Source: Malacoraja senta (Eukaryota). Taken from it: a stretch of DNA of 64,000 nt. This document shows, piece after piece, positions 24,776-38,004 of the stretch. Within the stretch, counting starts at the first letter, position 1. Every line of letters begins with the position of its first letter. The stretch is taken from the NCBI GenBank assembly GCA_038087875.1, contig CM075993.1, forward strand, positions 5,146,001-5,210,000, in the 5' to 3' direction. The notes under the pieces are model-generated. The model was not told where the DNA came from, did not search any database, and worked only from the letters and a program-made list of their open reading frames with translations. Made by a program: the position numbers and the translations under genes.

Positions 24776-25590
24776 TTCTCGGCCCCTCGGACTCAATCAA
24801 AATGATAGCAGGCAGCCTTGGAAGCCTTACCCCACTACTCAAACCTCACGTCAAAAACCTTGGTGTGATATTTGACTCAGCACTGAAATTTGACAAACAA
24901 GTCAATGCCGTGGTAAAAGCTAGCTTCTTTCAGCTTCGGATGATAGCTAAAATAAAACAATTCCTCCAGTTTGATGACCTCGAAAAGATCCATACATTTA
25001 TCTCCTCCCGCCTAGATTACTGCAACTCCCTTTACACTGGCATCAGCCAATCGTCCCTGTCCCGCCTGCAACTGGTCCAAAACGGCGCAGCGAGACTCCT
25101 GACGGGCACCCGAAAAAGGGACCACATCACCCCGATCCTGGCCTCTCTCCACTGGCTCCCTGTGAGGTTCCGAATACATTTCAAGACCCTCCTCTTTGTC
25201 TACAAAGCCCTCAATGGGCTTGCACCCACCTACATTAAAAGTCTTCTCACCCACTACACCACCTCCAGGTCCCTCAGATCGGCCAACTTGGGGTTGCTGA
25301 ATGTCTAGGCATAAGCTCAGGGGCGACCGCGCCTCTGCAGTTGCAGCTCCTAGACTGTGGAACAGCATCCCCCTCCCCATCAGAAATGCCCCCTCCATCG
25401 ACTCCTTTAAGTAGACTAAAAACTCATCTGTTCTCCCAAGCCTTTCCTGACGTCCTCTGAGCGAGGATTATTTGTATATATATATGTAGTTTGCTCGTGT
25501 ACACTATTCTTATAACAAATGTAAAGCACTTTGGTCAACGAGAGTTGTTTTTTAAATGTGCTATATAAATAAATGTGACTTGACTTGACT
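24776..25590 (+). mobile_element. L2-clade LINE 3' fragment
   Basis: VKNLGVIFDSALKF...FISSRLDYCNSL...LQLVQNGAARLLTG...HITPILASLHWLPV is diagnostic L2 ORF2; tail tgtaaagcactttggtcaac...aaatgtgctatataaataaa(tgact)n. Confidence 0.93.
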
Positions 25591-27589
25591 ATACATCTCT
25601 GTGACTCGATGAATGGCCTCTTAGCTCTGTTGTATGGTTTAATATCATTAATATTTATGTCACTACTACAAAGGAAACTGATTTCCACAAATTGCAACAC
25701 CCTACAGCAATACCACATGAAACTCCAATATGCGTGGATTGCAAAACAAAATTAATCAAGCTACAAGATTGTATAGGTAGAATCGCGAGATGATGTAGCA
25801 CATGCAGTAGTTATTTTGCTCATACTGCCGGCTCTTTGATGAAGCTATCCAATTAAAGTCAGTCATACAGCATGGAAACAGACCCTTCGGCCCACAAACT
25901 CCATGCCAACCCATCAAGTACCCGTGAGTCCAACCAAACTATATGTTGATCAGCAAACATTCAGTAATCTGACTACTCTGCTCCTTTTCAATATTCTCAT
26001 AGTATTTCCCTTGAGAAATGTATAGTTGAATCTGTTCTCATTCCCATTTTAGAGCACAATAAACCCCTTAAACAGTTTCTTCCTCGTGTCTGCTCATACT
26101 TTGACCAATCATTAGTCTCTTCTTCTTAATGACCCTTCTCACATTTTAGTTACATTAAGAGCATAACCTTTTTTATACAAAACTGCAGAGCACGAAATAT
26201 CCTAGATATGACTCACAACGTTGAGCATACATGGCCTCAATTAATAATTTCCTCTAGCTTGATTTATAACATCACAATATTGTCTTTATTATCCACTAAT
26301 AAATATCTGCTTATATTGGAATGTGGTTCCATGGTTGACAGCAATAGCCACCCCATTCTATAACATCTCCCCTTCCTCTCTGGCCCAGTTCATCACATTA
26401 ACTATTCATTCTTCTGCATGCTTAGACATTGATTACCAATATTCTGGTGTAATGTAAGAAACAATCACACAGGAAATTGACCCTATTCAGGACCTATGGA
26501 CTCTCCCAAAAGTCATTAAAAAGTGATCAGCAGAACTCTCTGTGAATCATTCCTCTCTTCTTAACCACGTCCAGGAAAGTGAAAGCTCATCATCAGAATG
26601 GCTAACTCAGAGTCCAACAATCGGAAATACATTTTATATATTGCTATGACTAAGCGCCCCACACAATACCATACAGGTAAGCATGCAAATCAAACCATGA
26701 TTTAAATTGATTCTAAAATAACCTGAAAATATTCTTTTTGAAAATTGAAGGCTTCGGAGAGGGTGCAGAAGAGGTTTACCAGAATGCCGTCTGGATTAGA
26801 GGATATTAGCTATAGAAGTTGGACAAACGTTGATTGACTGACATTTCAGAGAAAATAATCCATCAGTTCACACATCCTTGAACGGGTATCTGAACCTCAA
26901 GGTTCTACCACATTCCTCCAAGAGGTACAATTCACAATTTATTCATGTTTATTTTTGAATCTTAGAGTTAACAAAAAACCTGACACTGTTTATGCATCCC
27001 TCACATTACAGGCATTCAGGTTAGGGAAATTCACCCTTACAGAATTCACAGATCACTACCCAAAAGTTTGAGATACAGAACAAGAGCTGCTCCAACAAAA
27101 TTTATGTGCGAAAAATTAAATGAAATCAACCAAAAAATGCCTTCCAACACACATTTCTCAGCACATGCACAAATGACACAGCTTTGAATTACGGAAAATT
27201 CCAATATGTCCCATTTTCTAAGAACGCAAATCTCCATCCACTTCTCAGTGATGCAGGGATCACCTTACACAAGTAATATTGACTTTGCAGCCATTGATGT
27301 GTAGCATTGAATTCATTTGTTTCATTGTTTTATAGCCATAACTATTTCACTATAAATTCAAAAAAGATGGACATTTCACAATTAGAACATATTTTTGCTG
27401 GTTTCCCCAGATAATGTCCAAGTATCTATTTCCAGATGGGTGACCACTTTAATTTTCTAACATACTTTGACTCAGCTTTGTCCTCATGCAAACTCAAGGA
27501 AATGCATCTCATCTTCCATCCTATGAAAGAAGGGAGAATAATAGGAATTCCTTAAGAGTTTATTAAACCTTAAAAAAACTACTGGTGTG

Positions 27590-28160
27590 GCTTATTATTG
27601 TCACGTGTACTGCAATACAGTGAAAATCTTTGTGTTGTGTGTTATCCAGGAAAATCTTGCCATAAGGGAGTACACATGTGTAAGAGGGTGTGCAAAAAAA
27701 AAAAAGTGGTCCAGCTACAGAGAAAGTGCAGATATAAAAAAAGTGCAAGGGCTGCAACGAGGTAGTTCAGCAGATCTGGATTACATCTTTAGCTAATGAG
27801 AGATCCACAAAGGGTCTGATAACAGCGGAAGAGAAGACGTTCTTGAAAGTGATGGTACATGCTTTCAAGTTTTCTTATCTTCTGCCTGACAAGAGACGAG
27901 GGAATGACTGGAGTGTGACTGGCCCTTAATTACGTTGGCTGCTTTCCAGAGGCAGCTTGAAGCGTAGCTGAAGTTGATGGAAGAGGAGACTGGTATGTGT
28001 GATGGACTGGGCTGCATCCACATCTCTCTACAATTTATTGTAGTCTTAGGCTGAGTAGTTGCCAAACTAAGTTTTAATGCATCATAATAAGATGCTTTCT
28101 ATGGTGCATCTATAGAGATTATAAGTCATTGGGGACATGCTAAATTTTTAGTCTTCCAAG
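27590..28160 (-). mobile_element. Rex1/Babar-type element 3' region, degenerate
   Basis: ttattattgtcacgtgtac tail; ttggctgctttccagaggcag and gctttctatggtgcatct blocks also at 63620-63830. Confidence 0.6.
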
Positions 28161-29053
28161 GCTCACTCTTATAAGTTTTACATACTTGGAGTTAACTCCC
28201 ACATTCTTTCATTTTGTTATTGTTTACTACTTTATTTGTGAAAATATTGACCGGATTACATTTTCAGAAGCTTGGGACCACTGCTCTTGTATCTGCCCAT
28301 GGAGCCAGTCTCATATTAAGCTGGACAGAGAAAACATGCTAGTATGAATAGTAAAGTACAATCATATTCTCACTGGACTTACAATGCATGTTTTAGCAAG
28401 GGATCAATCTCAACCATCAACCATTCATTCATTCTTAGCCAGTAGCATTAAAGTCAAAATACATCTCCATCATAGATTTAATTAAGCATTAATAATAAGG
28501 AATTTAAATGAGATCATCCAATCTGCTTAGGTCACTTGAGCATTGCTTCTGCCCAGAATTATTCAGTCTGCACAATTGAGTAAATACGTTCACCTGGAAT
28601 TTTAAGAATACTACGTACTTTAACAAATCAATTTATTCAACATTTATTTACACTACACAAATAGATAAAGCACTAGATACTATAGATGAAAAATCCATAG
28701 CATGTTAACATTTCATAATAGTTTCACTAGTTACATTAGATTTTTTTTATTCAGCAGATACTCATTACATATTGTATTCATTCATTATCAGAATCATTTT
28801 GTTCTTTCTGCTATAACCTTTCTCAAGAAATATTATTCATGTGTTTCTGTTGGACTGAAAATTGTACACAACTGTTCAGATTCTACATCATAAAGTGGTG
28901 GATTCATATCTAAAAACTGATTCAGAAATATATTAAGGGTCGACACTTGACTACTATACTGAAGGGCCGCTGGTCAGTTAGAGATAATGTCTTTCTTAAG
29001 AAACATGTCACAAACATGTCAGCCCAAGCTGACTGTCTGCCAAAACATTTGGA

Positions 29054-29627
29054 TATACATTACGTCTAATACAAACCTACTGACTCCAACAGCTATCTCG
29101 ACTACACTTCTTCCCACCCTGCTTCCTGCAAAGATTCCATCCCCTACTCCCAACTTCTCTGTCTACACTGCATCTGCGCACAAGATGAGGTGTTCCATAC
29201 CAGGGCATCCGAGATGTCCTCATTCTGCAGGGAAATGCGGTTTCCCTCTTCCATCATAGATGAGGCCCTCACAAGCGTCTCCTCGGTACCCCACAGCTCC
29301 GCTCTTGCTCCCCCTCCTCCCAGTTGCAACAGGGACAGAGTCCCCAGCCGCCTGGACTTACCTGATCTCCCGGTTGGAAAACACTTTAAATCCCCTTCCC
29401 ATTCCCACACTGACCATTCTGTCCTTGGCCTCCTCCATTGTCAGAGAGAGGCCAAATGCAAATTAGAGGAATAGCATCTCATATTTCACTGAGGCAGCTT
29501 ACAACCGAGTGGTTTGAATATTGATTCCTCGAACTTCAAGTCACCAAGATGCTGCCTGTTCCGCTGAGTTCCTCCAGCATTTTGTGTCTATCTTCAGTTT
29601 AAATCAGCATTTGCAGTTCCTTCTTAC
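29054..29627 (+). mobile_element. Internally deleted Penelope element (RT end, endonuclease, pLTR)
   Basis: YKPTDSNSYLDYTSSHPASCKDSIPYSQLLCL and KHFKSPSHSHTDHSVLGLLHC...KLEE; 14-bp duplication ccaaaacatttgga (29040-29053, 29628-29641). Confidence 0.88.
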
Positions 29628-29980
29628 CCAAAACATTTGGAATTGGGTAGGATGTGGGCACCTAATCCAGATCAGTTTGACTATCAATATGTAACAGCAG
29701 TGTGTTTGCTGGACAAATGAGGAATTTGGACCGAGAAGAGAGGAATATTTGACTCAGTATCAGCATCAATATGCAATATTTCTGTAATATTCTGTGGGGA
29801 ATATTGCTCAGGATCTTTCACGTTGATTTTTTTTACCTCAATGCCATAATCAGGTGTGACATCCAACCATAAAGAGTGGACAATGGATTTTCTTCAGACT
29901 TGAAGTATTGTTTACAAATACAGATGCAAATCAGTATCAGTGTCCAGGAATGAAATTCTGTAAATGCCTTTACACGGTAA

Positions 29981-30394
29981 AGGGCCTGTCCCACTTTCAC
30001 GAGTTATTCACGAATTCTCCCGAGTTTTCCCCTTGATTCAAACTTGCAGAATGTCCGTAACGAGTCCGTAGGAGGTCGTAAGTATATCGTAGCGGCTCGT
30101 TATGCTAGCCGTAGGTACTCGTGGCATCAGGTAAGTCGGGACGTTTTTTCCAGCCCAATAATAAATGTCCACGAATAAAAAGATGGTCGGGATGAAAGAA
30201 ATTGCAACTTTTTACTCATAAGGAGAGCATCGAAATAGTAGTGGGAATTCATAGACATACTCGTAGGAGTTTGTAGGAGTTCGTGAACATAGTCGTGGAA
30301 GGTCGTAGGAGTTCGTAGATTACCACGATCTTGATTTTTTTTTAGGTCCTTTAATTTAGGTTTTGAATTAAGTCGTAAAAGTGGGACAGGCCCT
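29981..30394. mobile_element. PIF/Harbinger-type MITE
   Basis: agggcctgtcccacttt...aaagtgggacaggccct with TAA on both sides. Confidence 0.85.
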
Positions 30395-30884
30395 TAAGGA
30401 AAAATAACTTCTAAGAACCTGCCTACAGGGTTCAAATAAGGTTTTCACACTATACCCAAGCAGAACCTTACTGAGAGACACCAAGTTGAAACACTAACAC
30501 AATGATCCAGAATTGGAAGAATTAGGAAGTTAGAAAATAATCTAAATTTCATTCACTCATTATGTAAAGTTCCCTCACTAGAGCCCTCTGCTTTCTATTT
30601 CTATGCCATTATATGAATAACTTTTCCAAATGCCAATTTCTTCATCTGTGGAGCATGTTTCGACATGATCTACATCGAAATGTAGTGATAAATATACAGT
30701 TTTCATTGTACCGCTGCTGGCAAATTCATTTCACTTGCACTTGCAAATATTCTAGCAGCAAATTATTGCCCCAGATCAGGGACATGTTTCAGGGCCGGAT
30801 CTGGACCACTGAAACTAGCAAAAATTAGGCTAACATAAGATAATTGTGGTATAAAAGTCAACGAGGATACCATAACTTGGAGAG

Positions 30885-31734
30885 ACACAAAAAGCTGGAG
30901 TAACTCAGCGGGACAGGCCGCATCTCCAGAGAGAAGGAATGGGTGATGTTTCAGGTCGAGACCCTTCTTCAGACTGGTTAGCTATAAGGGAAACGAGAGG
31001 TATAGGGTGAAAATGAGAAGCTAGTGCAACTTGGGTGGGGGAGGGATAGAGAGAGAGGGAATGCCGAGGCTACCTGAAGTGAGAGAAATCAATATTCATA
31101 CCACAGGGCTGCAAGTTGCCCAAGCGAAATATGAGACGCTGTTCCACCAATTTGCGTTTAGCCTCATTCTGACAATGGAGGAGACCGAGGACAGAAAGGT
31201 CTGTGTAGGAATTGGAAGGAGAATTAAAGTGTCCAGCAACTAGGAGATCGGGTAGGTTCAGGCGGGTTGAGCGAAGGTGTTCTGCGAAACGATCGCCCAG
31301 TCTGCGTTTGGTCTCACCGATGTATAAGAGTCCACATCTTGAACAATGGATACAGTAGATGAGGTTGGAGGAGGTGCGTGAACCTCTGCCTAATCTGAAA
31401 GGACTGTCGGGGTCCCTGGACAGAGCTGAGGGAGGAGGTAGTGACAGATGTTGCATCTTCTGCAGTTGCAGGGGAAAGTTCCAGGGGATGGGGTGATTTG
31501 GGTGGGAAGGGATGAGTTAACCAGACAGTGCAGAAGGAACGGTCTCTGCAGAAGGCGGAAAGGGGTGGAGATGGGAAAACGTGGCTCGTGGTTGGATCCC
31601 CTGGTCTGAAGAAGGGTCTCGACCCGAAACGTCACCCATTCTTTCTCTCCAGAGATGCTGCCTGTCCCGCTGAGTTACTCCAGCTTTTTGTGTCTATTTT
31701 CAGTGTAAAGCAGCACCTGCAGTTCCTTCTTACA
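30885..31734 (-). mobile_element. Penelope-like element: GIY-YIG endonuclease (minus) with an inverted pLTR at the other end
   Basis: ORF 31070-31456 NLIYCIHCSRCGLLYIGETKRRLGDRFAEHL; terminal pLTRs in opposite orientation; cataac(t/a)tggagag duplication (30871-30884, 31735-31748). Confidence 0.92.
31601..31640 (+). ncRNA. Minimal type-I hammerhead ribozyme motif in Penelope pLTR
   Basis: ggt-CTGAAGA-a-gggtc-tc-gaccc-GAAA-c-GTC-acc: CUGANGA box, stem II, GAAA box, GUC site, ggt/acc stem I. Related copies at 30941-30977(-), 43741-43776(-), 45578-45612(+). Confidence 0.75.
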
Positions 31735-33050
31735 CATAACATGGAGAGTTGTTGCTATTGCGTTTCAGACATATCCCAGCAACTGGTATAACAGTAATTC
31801 CAGACGATTGCAAGCAGCTTGCCCTCCTGCTCGCTCAATAGGAAATGATCTCTTGAATACGATAACATTACTAAATATTAAACCTGAAGTTCAGTGCATG
31901 CTTTGAATACAAATCAAAATATGATTCTTAATTTCCAATGAACATTTTCCATTATTAAAGGCAGCATGATTGTTTGGTTCAGGCGGACACAATTTCTTTG
32001 AAAAAATTTTAAAAACAGAATTATAACTAGGTTTTTTTAATGAAATTGTGGCACTTTCCTCAAAAGATTGTAGAATCCTTTTCTAGACAGTTAGTTCCCA
32101 TTATCCACTAATGTACTATCTCAGATGGCGAGGTCAGCCCAGGCTCCAACTTGAACAAATGTATTTATATACGCATGTGCACATTACGTAACCATTCATG
32201 GTCTAACTGAATACATTTCCAGACTAGAGGAGCAATCTTTGCTTACACAATTTCAAAGCCGATTGCTGCTTGCACTTATTCAACATAATTCAACATTCAA
32301 TTCATGAATTCACATTCAACAGAACTAGAATATTGGCTGATGCAATTTCTTCATAGGCATTCAAACATTTTTATTTATTCATGGATGTTAAAGCTTTAGA
32401 ACATAACTACCATAGTTACATATTTCTGATCAGTTTCTGGTCAAGGTCTCTCCTTTGTAGCCATACCTCATCCAAAAAGCTTGAACGATTTCATAATACA
32501 ATCTCAACATATATGCCATGCTGAAAATAATTCTAGCCAATCAGTAATTCTCGGGATAGTATAACTGATAAGTATCAGTAGTTGATTATACTCTGTAATT
32601 GCTGCAGTTAGGTTTAAAAAATGCATTATGTATCTCCTCACATTAAATCCTTCAGATGAATGCTGTTGTAGTTATAAATTAAGGCAGTAAGATTATAAAT
32701 ATTAACTGGACATGAAGCCTCAAGAAACAATTGAAAATCCATTCAGTTTGAAGATCAGCAATTCAAAGATAAGATGCAATTACTTTGCAGAACAAATTAA
32801 TTACTAGTACAAAACACTTTCTTAATATCATTAGAAAATGGTGTATAATTATGCATAATCTACATAAAGTTTTCAGCACTGAAAATTAGCATGTTCTCAG
32901 CTGCTTAAAGGAACTGGGTCACTGCTGTTCAAATCTTCATATCAGTAACATTCAAAGGTAATTGGTTAACAGACAATATAAATTTGAGTCTATATCTTTC
33001 AGAAAGGCAAAAAACCCGTATTACTATGATATTAATATTAATATTAGCTG

Positions 33051-33408
33051 CAGGTGGCGCTGAACAACATCGCGGAGTCCTGGGATCCCTTTGCCGAGGG
33101 CGCCAGTGTGAATCTCTACCCAGCTCGGCCTGTGGACTTCGGGAGCCGCGGTCTCCAGTAGGAGTTTCGATCATCCCGGCAAGAGGGCCTGAAACATCGG
33201 GGCCCCCGACCACGGGTGAACAAGGAGGAAGATGACTGGACTTTACTGCCTTCCCTCACAGTGGGAAACATTGATTCTGCTGTGTGGGGATGTCTATGTT
33301 AAATTCTATCGTGTGTTGTGTTCCTTTTTTATTCGTATGACTGTGTGGCAACCCAAATTTCACTGTACCAATTGGTGCATGTGACAATAAATGTAAACTT
33401 GAACTTGA
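33051..33408 (+). mobile_element. GC-rich non-autonomous retroelement with Rex/Babar-type tail
   Basis: caggtggcgct start; ccgaccacggg..ggagga..gactgg..gccttcc..cacagtg block shared with 35169-35226; tail tgtgacaataaa...(aacttg)n. Confidence 0.7.
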
Positions 33409-33771
33409 TATTAATGTTTGCATGATTAATTTAAAGTAGCAACAAAGATACATAAATTTGCATTTTTTATTGATTGCACAAGCCAACTTTGAAGTTAACA
33501 GACTGAATTGCGTGGATGATATGTGGGACACAGTGTACAAGGAAATAATGTAAATTCAGCATATGAGGAATTAATATAAATTCAACAGACATAAACATGT
33601 TAACTATGACTGGCATGATTCAAATTCTGTAGATCTTCAGGATAATTATTTCACCCCCAACACTGGACGGCCAGCAAAGAAAATATTTTATGCAATCATC
33701 ATTCCATCTTACTATTGATCACGTAGAATACATCATACACTATGTAATCTACAGTGCTTTTACAATGTCTT

Positions 33772-34158
33772 TAGTAGTTGTGACGGTTTTATCATATATA
33801 AAAAAGATCAATCAGTATCATTAGGATTTCAGTAAAGTGAAATGATGGAAACATGGTCACAGAACTGTCATCTGTGCATTACCAATTGATTTCAGTGTCT
33901 CATATCGCATAATGGAATACCAAGACTTACTCCAACTTAAATGGCCAAAAACCATGTTTTGTTTAAAACTGCCAGCAAGACTATAGGCTTAACAGGGAAT
34001 TCAACAATTTCAGATAACAGCCTTTCCAGTTTAGGTACGAGGTCAATATGTGACTCCATAGAAGCTGTTGTGTTCGATAAATCACTGGATTCAGATTTCA
34101 TTTTACTGAAATCCTAATGATACTGATTGATTTTTTTATAGCTAAAACCTTACACTAC
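33772..34158. mobile_element. AT-rich MITE with ~65-bp imperfect TIRs
   Basis: ggttttatc..ataaaaaagatcaatcagtatcattaggatttcagtaaagtgaaat (33786-33843) is the reverse complement of 34095-34149. Confidence 0.75.
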
Positions 34159-34312
34159 AGAAGCATAGAAAATAGGTGCAGGAGTAGGCCATTCGACCCT
34201 TCAAGCCAGCACCACCATTCAATATGAATCATGGCTGATCATCCAGAATCAGTACACCGTTCCTGCTTTTTCTCCATATCCCTTGATTCCGTTAGCCCCA
34301 AGCGCTAAATGC
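34159..34312 (-). mobile_element. CR1 3' end
   Basis: catagaaaataggtgcaggagtaggccattcg...tccatatcccttgattcc. Confidence 0.85.
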
Positions 34313-34495
34313 AACCATTCATTTCCTCCATCACAGTGACTGCAGTGTGTACCATCAGTAAATTGTGTTACTTACCCAAGCTACTCTAATAACAGCTCCC
34401 AAACCCACAATCTCTTTCACCATCTCCAGGCATCCCTTCAAGTTGAACACCATCACGCCTGAGAAATATATATCTTCATAATAAGGGCCTGTCGG

Positions 34496-35360
34496 TGGGG
34501 GCGCTGCAAGCCTGCGCCCTGTCAGCAGCGTGCCCGTTTTTTTCAACTTTTTTATTTTTTTAGTATGTTTTAGTGTATGGTTTTAATGTTTCTTTGTGTG
34601 TTTTGTGTGGGGGGGGAAACCGTTTCGGTCGCCTCCTCCACGGAGAGGCGACTTTTTCCAGGTCGCCTCCCCCGTGGCCTAACAACAAGTATCGGCGCAG
34701 CCTTTCCCGGAGACGCGCCCGGGGCTTCAGCCGCGGGCGCAGCGTGGACTCTCGGCGTGGAGCGGGCGAGCCCTCGCCGGAGGGGAGCGCTCCGTTTGGC
34801 TGGCCCGCGGCAGCCTGAAGCCGCGGTCTGCAGAGCTCCAGCTGGCGCGGCGTCTGCAGCCTGGGATCCCTCGTGGGGGACCCTGGGGAAGAAGGAGCCC
34901 CGAATGCCAGCCCGCGGCCTACTTCTACCACGGGCCCGGCGGGGACTTACTTACCATCACCCCTGGAGGGGAGCTTCGACTGCCGGCCCTGCGGTCTGCG
35001 GTGCTTCTGGCTGCGGCGCGAACTTTAAATCTCCGACCGCCGGCCTGCGGCCTACACCAACCTGAAGCCGCGGTCTCCGGTGGGGAAGAGCCGATTCTGA
35101 ACTTACCTGGACTTTTACCTGTCTACACATCTGGACGCCCGCAGCGGCGACTGCGGAGGGTTGTGGTCCCGACCACGGGGGAAAATGGAGGAGGACTGGC
35201 CAAATTTTGTGCCTTCCACCACAGTGATGAATGCTGTGGTGGATGTTTGTGTTACATTTTTATTGTGTATTGTGTGTTCTTTATCATTGTACCGCTGCTG
35301 GCAAATTCATTTCACTTGCACTTCATGTGCAATGTGACGAATAAAACCGTATTGTATTGT
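34496..35360 (+). mobile_element. Long CpG-rich non-autonomous retroelement (same family as 33051)
   Basis: ggggcgctgc start, T-rich block, repeated cctgaagccgcggtct, tail tgtgacgaataaa..(gtatt)n; inserted into an old LINE remnant (34335-34490, 35361-35510). Confidence 0.7.
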
Positions 35361-37878
35361 TCAATGTGCCTGGGTCTAAATCTCAGCACACCCTCCCTTC
35401 ACCAGAAATACTTCAGTGGTTCAAGGCGGTAGGTATGCTGCCCCTTCTCCAAAGCAATTAGGGGTGGGCAATAAATAGTTTTGCAAGCAATGCGCATATC
35501 CTGAAAATGATTTTTTTTTTTTTAAGTCATTATTTATTTTATGCATCATGCTGTAACATAACTAAACATGACTAAAATCACACACACATATCGTGGCCAG
35601 GCAGGGTAAAAACATTAATAAAACAAATTAGCTTTTGGAAATCACAATTCTCAGCATCTTTTGTTATTCCCCCCCAGTCACACCATAGAAAATCATAAAA
35701 GCAATCTACAGCGCAGCAATTTTCAATGATGTTAGTGAAATGTGTTTTTTTCATGGTCACTTTCAACTGCTTCAATCGGGTAATAGGATCAAATTTCAAA
35801 CATTTTAATCAGTTGTCAGTCATCTGTGAGAATTAGACATGCTTCTTGGTGTTTGGTCTAGGACTTAAAGACACAGATAGAAGGATAGGTTTTAAGGAGT
35901 ACTTAAAAATCTTAAAGCTAGGACTTAAAGATCCATGGCACATAAAATAATTTGGGGAGGGAGTTTCAAGAGGGTGAAAACAGCAGGTGAAATCACCAAG
36001 GGAGGATGTCTGCAGGAAGAGATGAGGTTGGGGTGCAGACGCAGAAAGTAATGTACAAGAGCTTCGTATATAAATAGAATATTGTAAACATGAACTCTCA
36101 GATTCTTTGGGATAACTTAAAAGAAATGTCATTATTACATTTGTCAATGGCATGTGCTCCCTAGAGGAGCAAAGGGCTTAAGAAGAAGATTATTACATTT
36201 AAGAAAACAAACTATTAATTTAGAGTAAATTGCTAATTTTTATTCCATGATTAAATGGTTAAGCTGCACTCAACATTAAATTTGGATACTAGAACAAGGA
36301 ACAATGATGTCACCCAGTTAGGTTATTTCTAATCCAAACTTTTGAAGAGAAATTATCTTGTTCACAGCAGACATGAGACATAAATGCTTGGTTGTAAGCT
36401 AACATTTAAAATTCATGCATAAAAAATGTCAGTATCTGAGAGTTTCATGTATGCTGACCAATTTAAGTTGTGTAATACATTATGAATGTTGTCAGAGTAC
36501 AATGTTGTCTGCACCAAACCACCAAAGACTGCTCTTCATGACAGAATTAGATGGAAAGTGGAATACTGACCCAAAAATGCATCCATAGACATACAATCAC
36601 CTCATCCTACAGTTCACACTTGTGTCTGTCTCTCACACACAGGCTTTGTATTTTAGTTTTTGTCTGTGAACACCAGAAATTCTTATAATTATTGCCTCCC
36701 TCTTTTTTGATAATGATATTTATAAACTTCTACAAAACATGACTCTCAAAAATCTTCTACTCTTTCAATTAATGTTGCAGTAACTTCATATTCAACTCAA
36801 CCTGTAAATCCTCAATGGGAAACAGTTTCTTAAGATTATACATCAAACATGTATGCATATCTTCATCAATCTATCAGCTGCACTGCCATTTTATTGCAAA
36901 CATCCATTCCGCATGTTCAGGAACCGGTGTAATTTAGGATATAAAAAAATTAGATTATGTGTAGCTAGGGTTCGACTGATTAATGGTCAGTGCCAAATGA
37001 GAAAGTAGTCAAGGGAATATCAGATTTATTGATTTATGATTAGCATTACAACAATAAAATGGGTGAGGTTTTCTGCAACAGATGGGTTGAGGCAGAAGAG
37101 TAAATGAAAGTACAGCAAAATGCCACTGATGTAGCACACTCAAAATGTTGGTCATGTTGAGCAAGTATATTTTACAGACCACCAGATTAGTGTACTTACA
37201 CAAATTTAATTCACTAATATTTTAGATTTTACACATAGAAAAATGAATCTTCCAGAGAACCCAACTTGTTTAAACAGAGCCCAGAAGCCAGGGAATGAAA
37301 GGGAGCTCAGGAATCAGGTACCAGTGAGCCAGATGCTGAACTATTATTATTATTAGATAACATTATTGGATTTTTACTCGTATGTACTTATTGTACCAGA
37401 GGCAGTTGGAACAAAAGATTAAAATGTAATGTTGAGATCACATGATTCAACCCGAGACGGATCGAGGGAGAGAATCAATAGCAGTATTAAGCATTAAGCA
37501 GAATGGCTTTGCTTTTCCCCAAAGTGCATTTAGGAAAGCAGAGAAGGTCTTCACAAAGACCAAATAGCTAATCAACATCAAAATGGACCTGCATGTTCAA
37601 GACGACATGTGTAAACAATACGCAGAATGTTCATTGCAAGCAGGAAATTGAACTAGCTGATTGCACAAATTTATGAAGCCCCAAAACAATGATTTTACAG
37701 CAAATATTGCATCAAATAATTATCATCAGGCACTGATGATATCCAGGGTGAACCCAATGTGCTCATTTTAGGATCAAAACCTGTGCAATATCTTCATCTC
37801 ATGGATTTAAGGGGGACAAATTTAAACCCTGCATTACCAAATTCCTGTCACCAGAGGGAACTCGACAATTTCTACAGA

Positions 37879-38004
37879 TAGACAAAAAAAAGCTGGAGTA
37901 ACTCAGCGGGTCAGACAGCATCTCTGGAGAAAAGGAATAGGTGATGTTTCGGGTCAAGACTCTTCTGAAGAAGTTTAAACCGGCATTTGCAGTTCCATCC
38001 AATA
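37879..38004. mobile_element. Penelope pLTR fold-back fragment
   Basis: Minus-strand pLTR joined to plus-strand terminus (ttaaaccggcatttgcagttcc); aatttctacaga duplication. Confidence 0.75.

Noticed and set aside
29684-29866. Protein-looking minus-strand ORF (DVTPDYGIEVKKINVKDPEQY...) as the next exon of the gene
   Set aside because: In-frame stop just upstream, no good polypyrimidine acceptor, and no recognisable domain.
34560-35432. Overlapping GC-rich ORFs and a second CpG-island promoter
   Set aside because: Lies within a repeat that has a retro-tail and relatives at 33051 and 4494; high GC explains the lack of stops.
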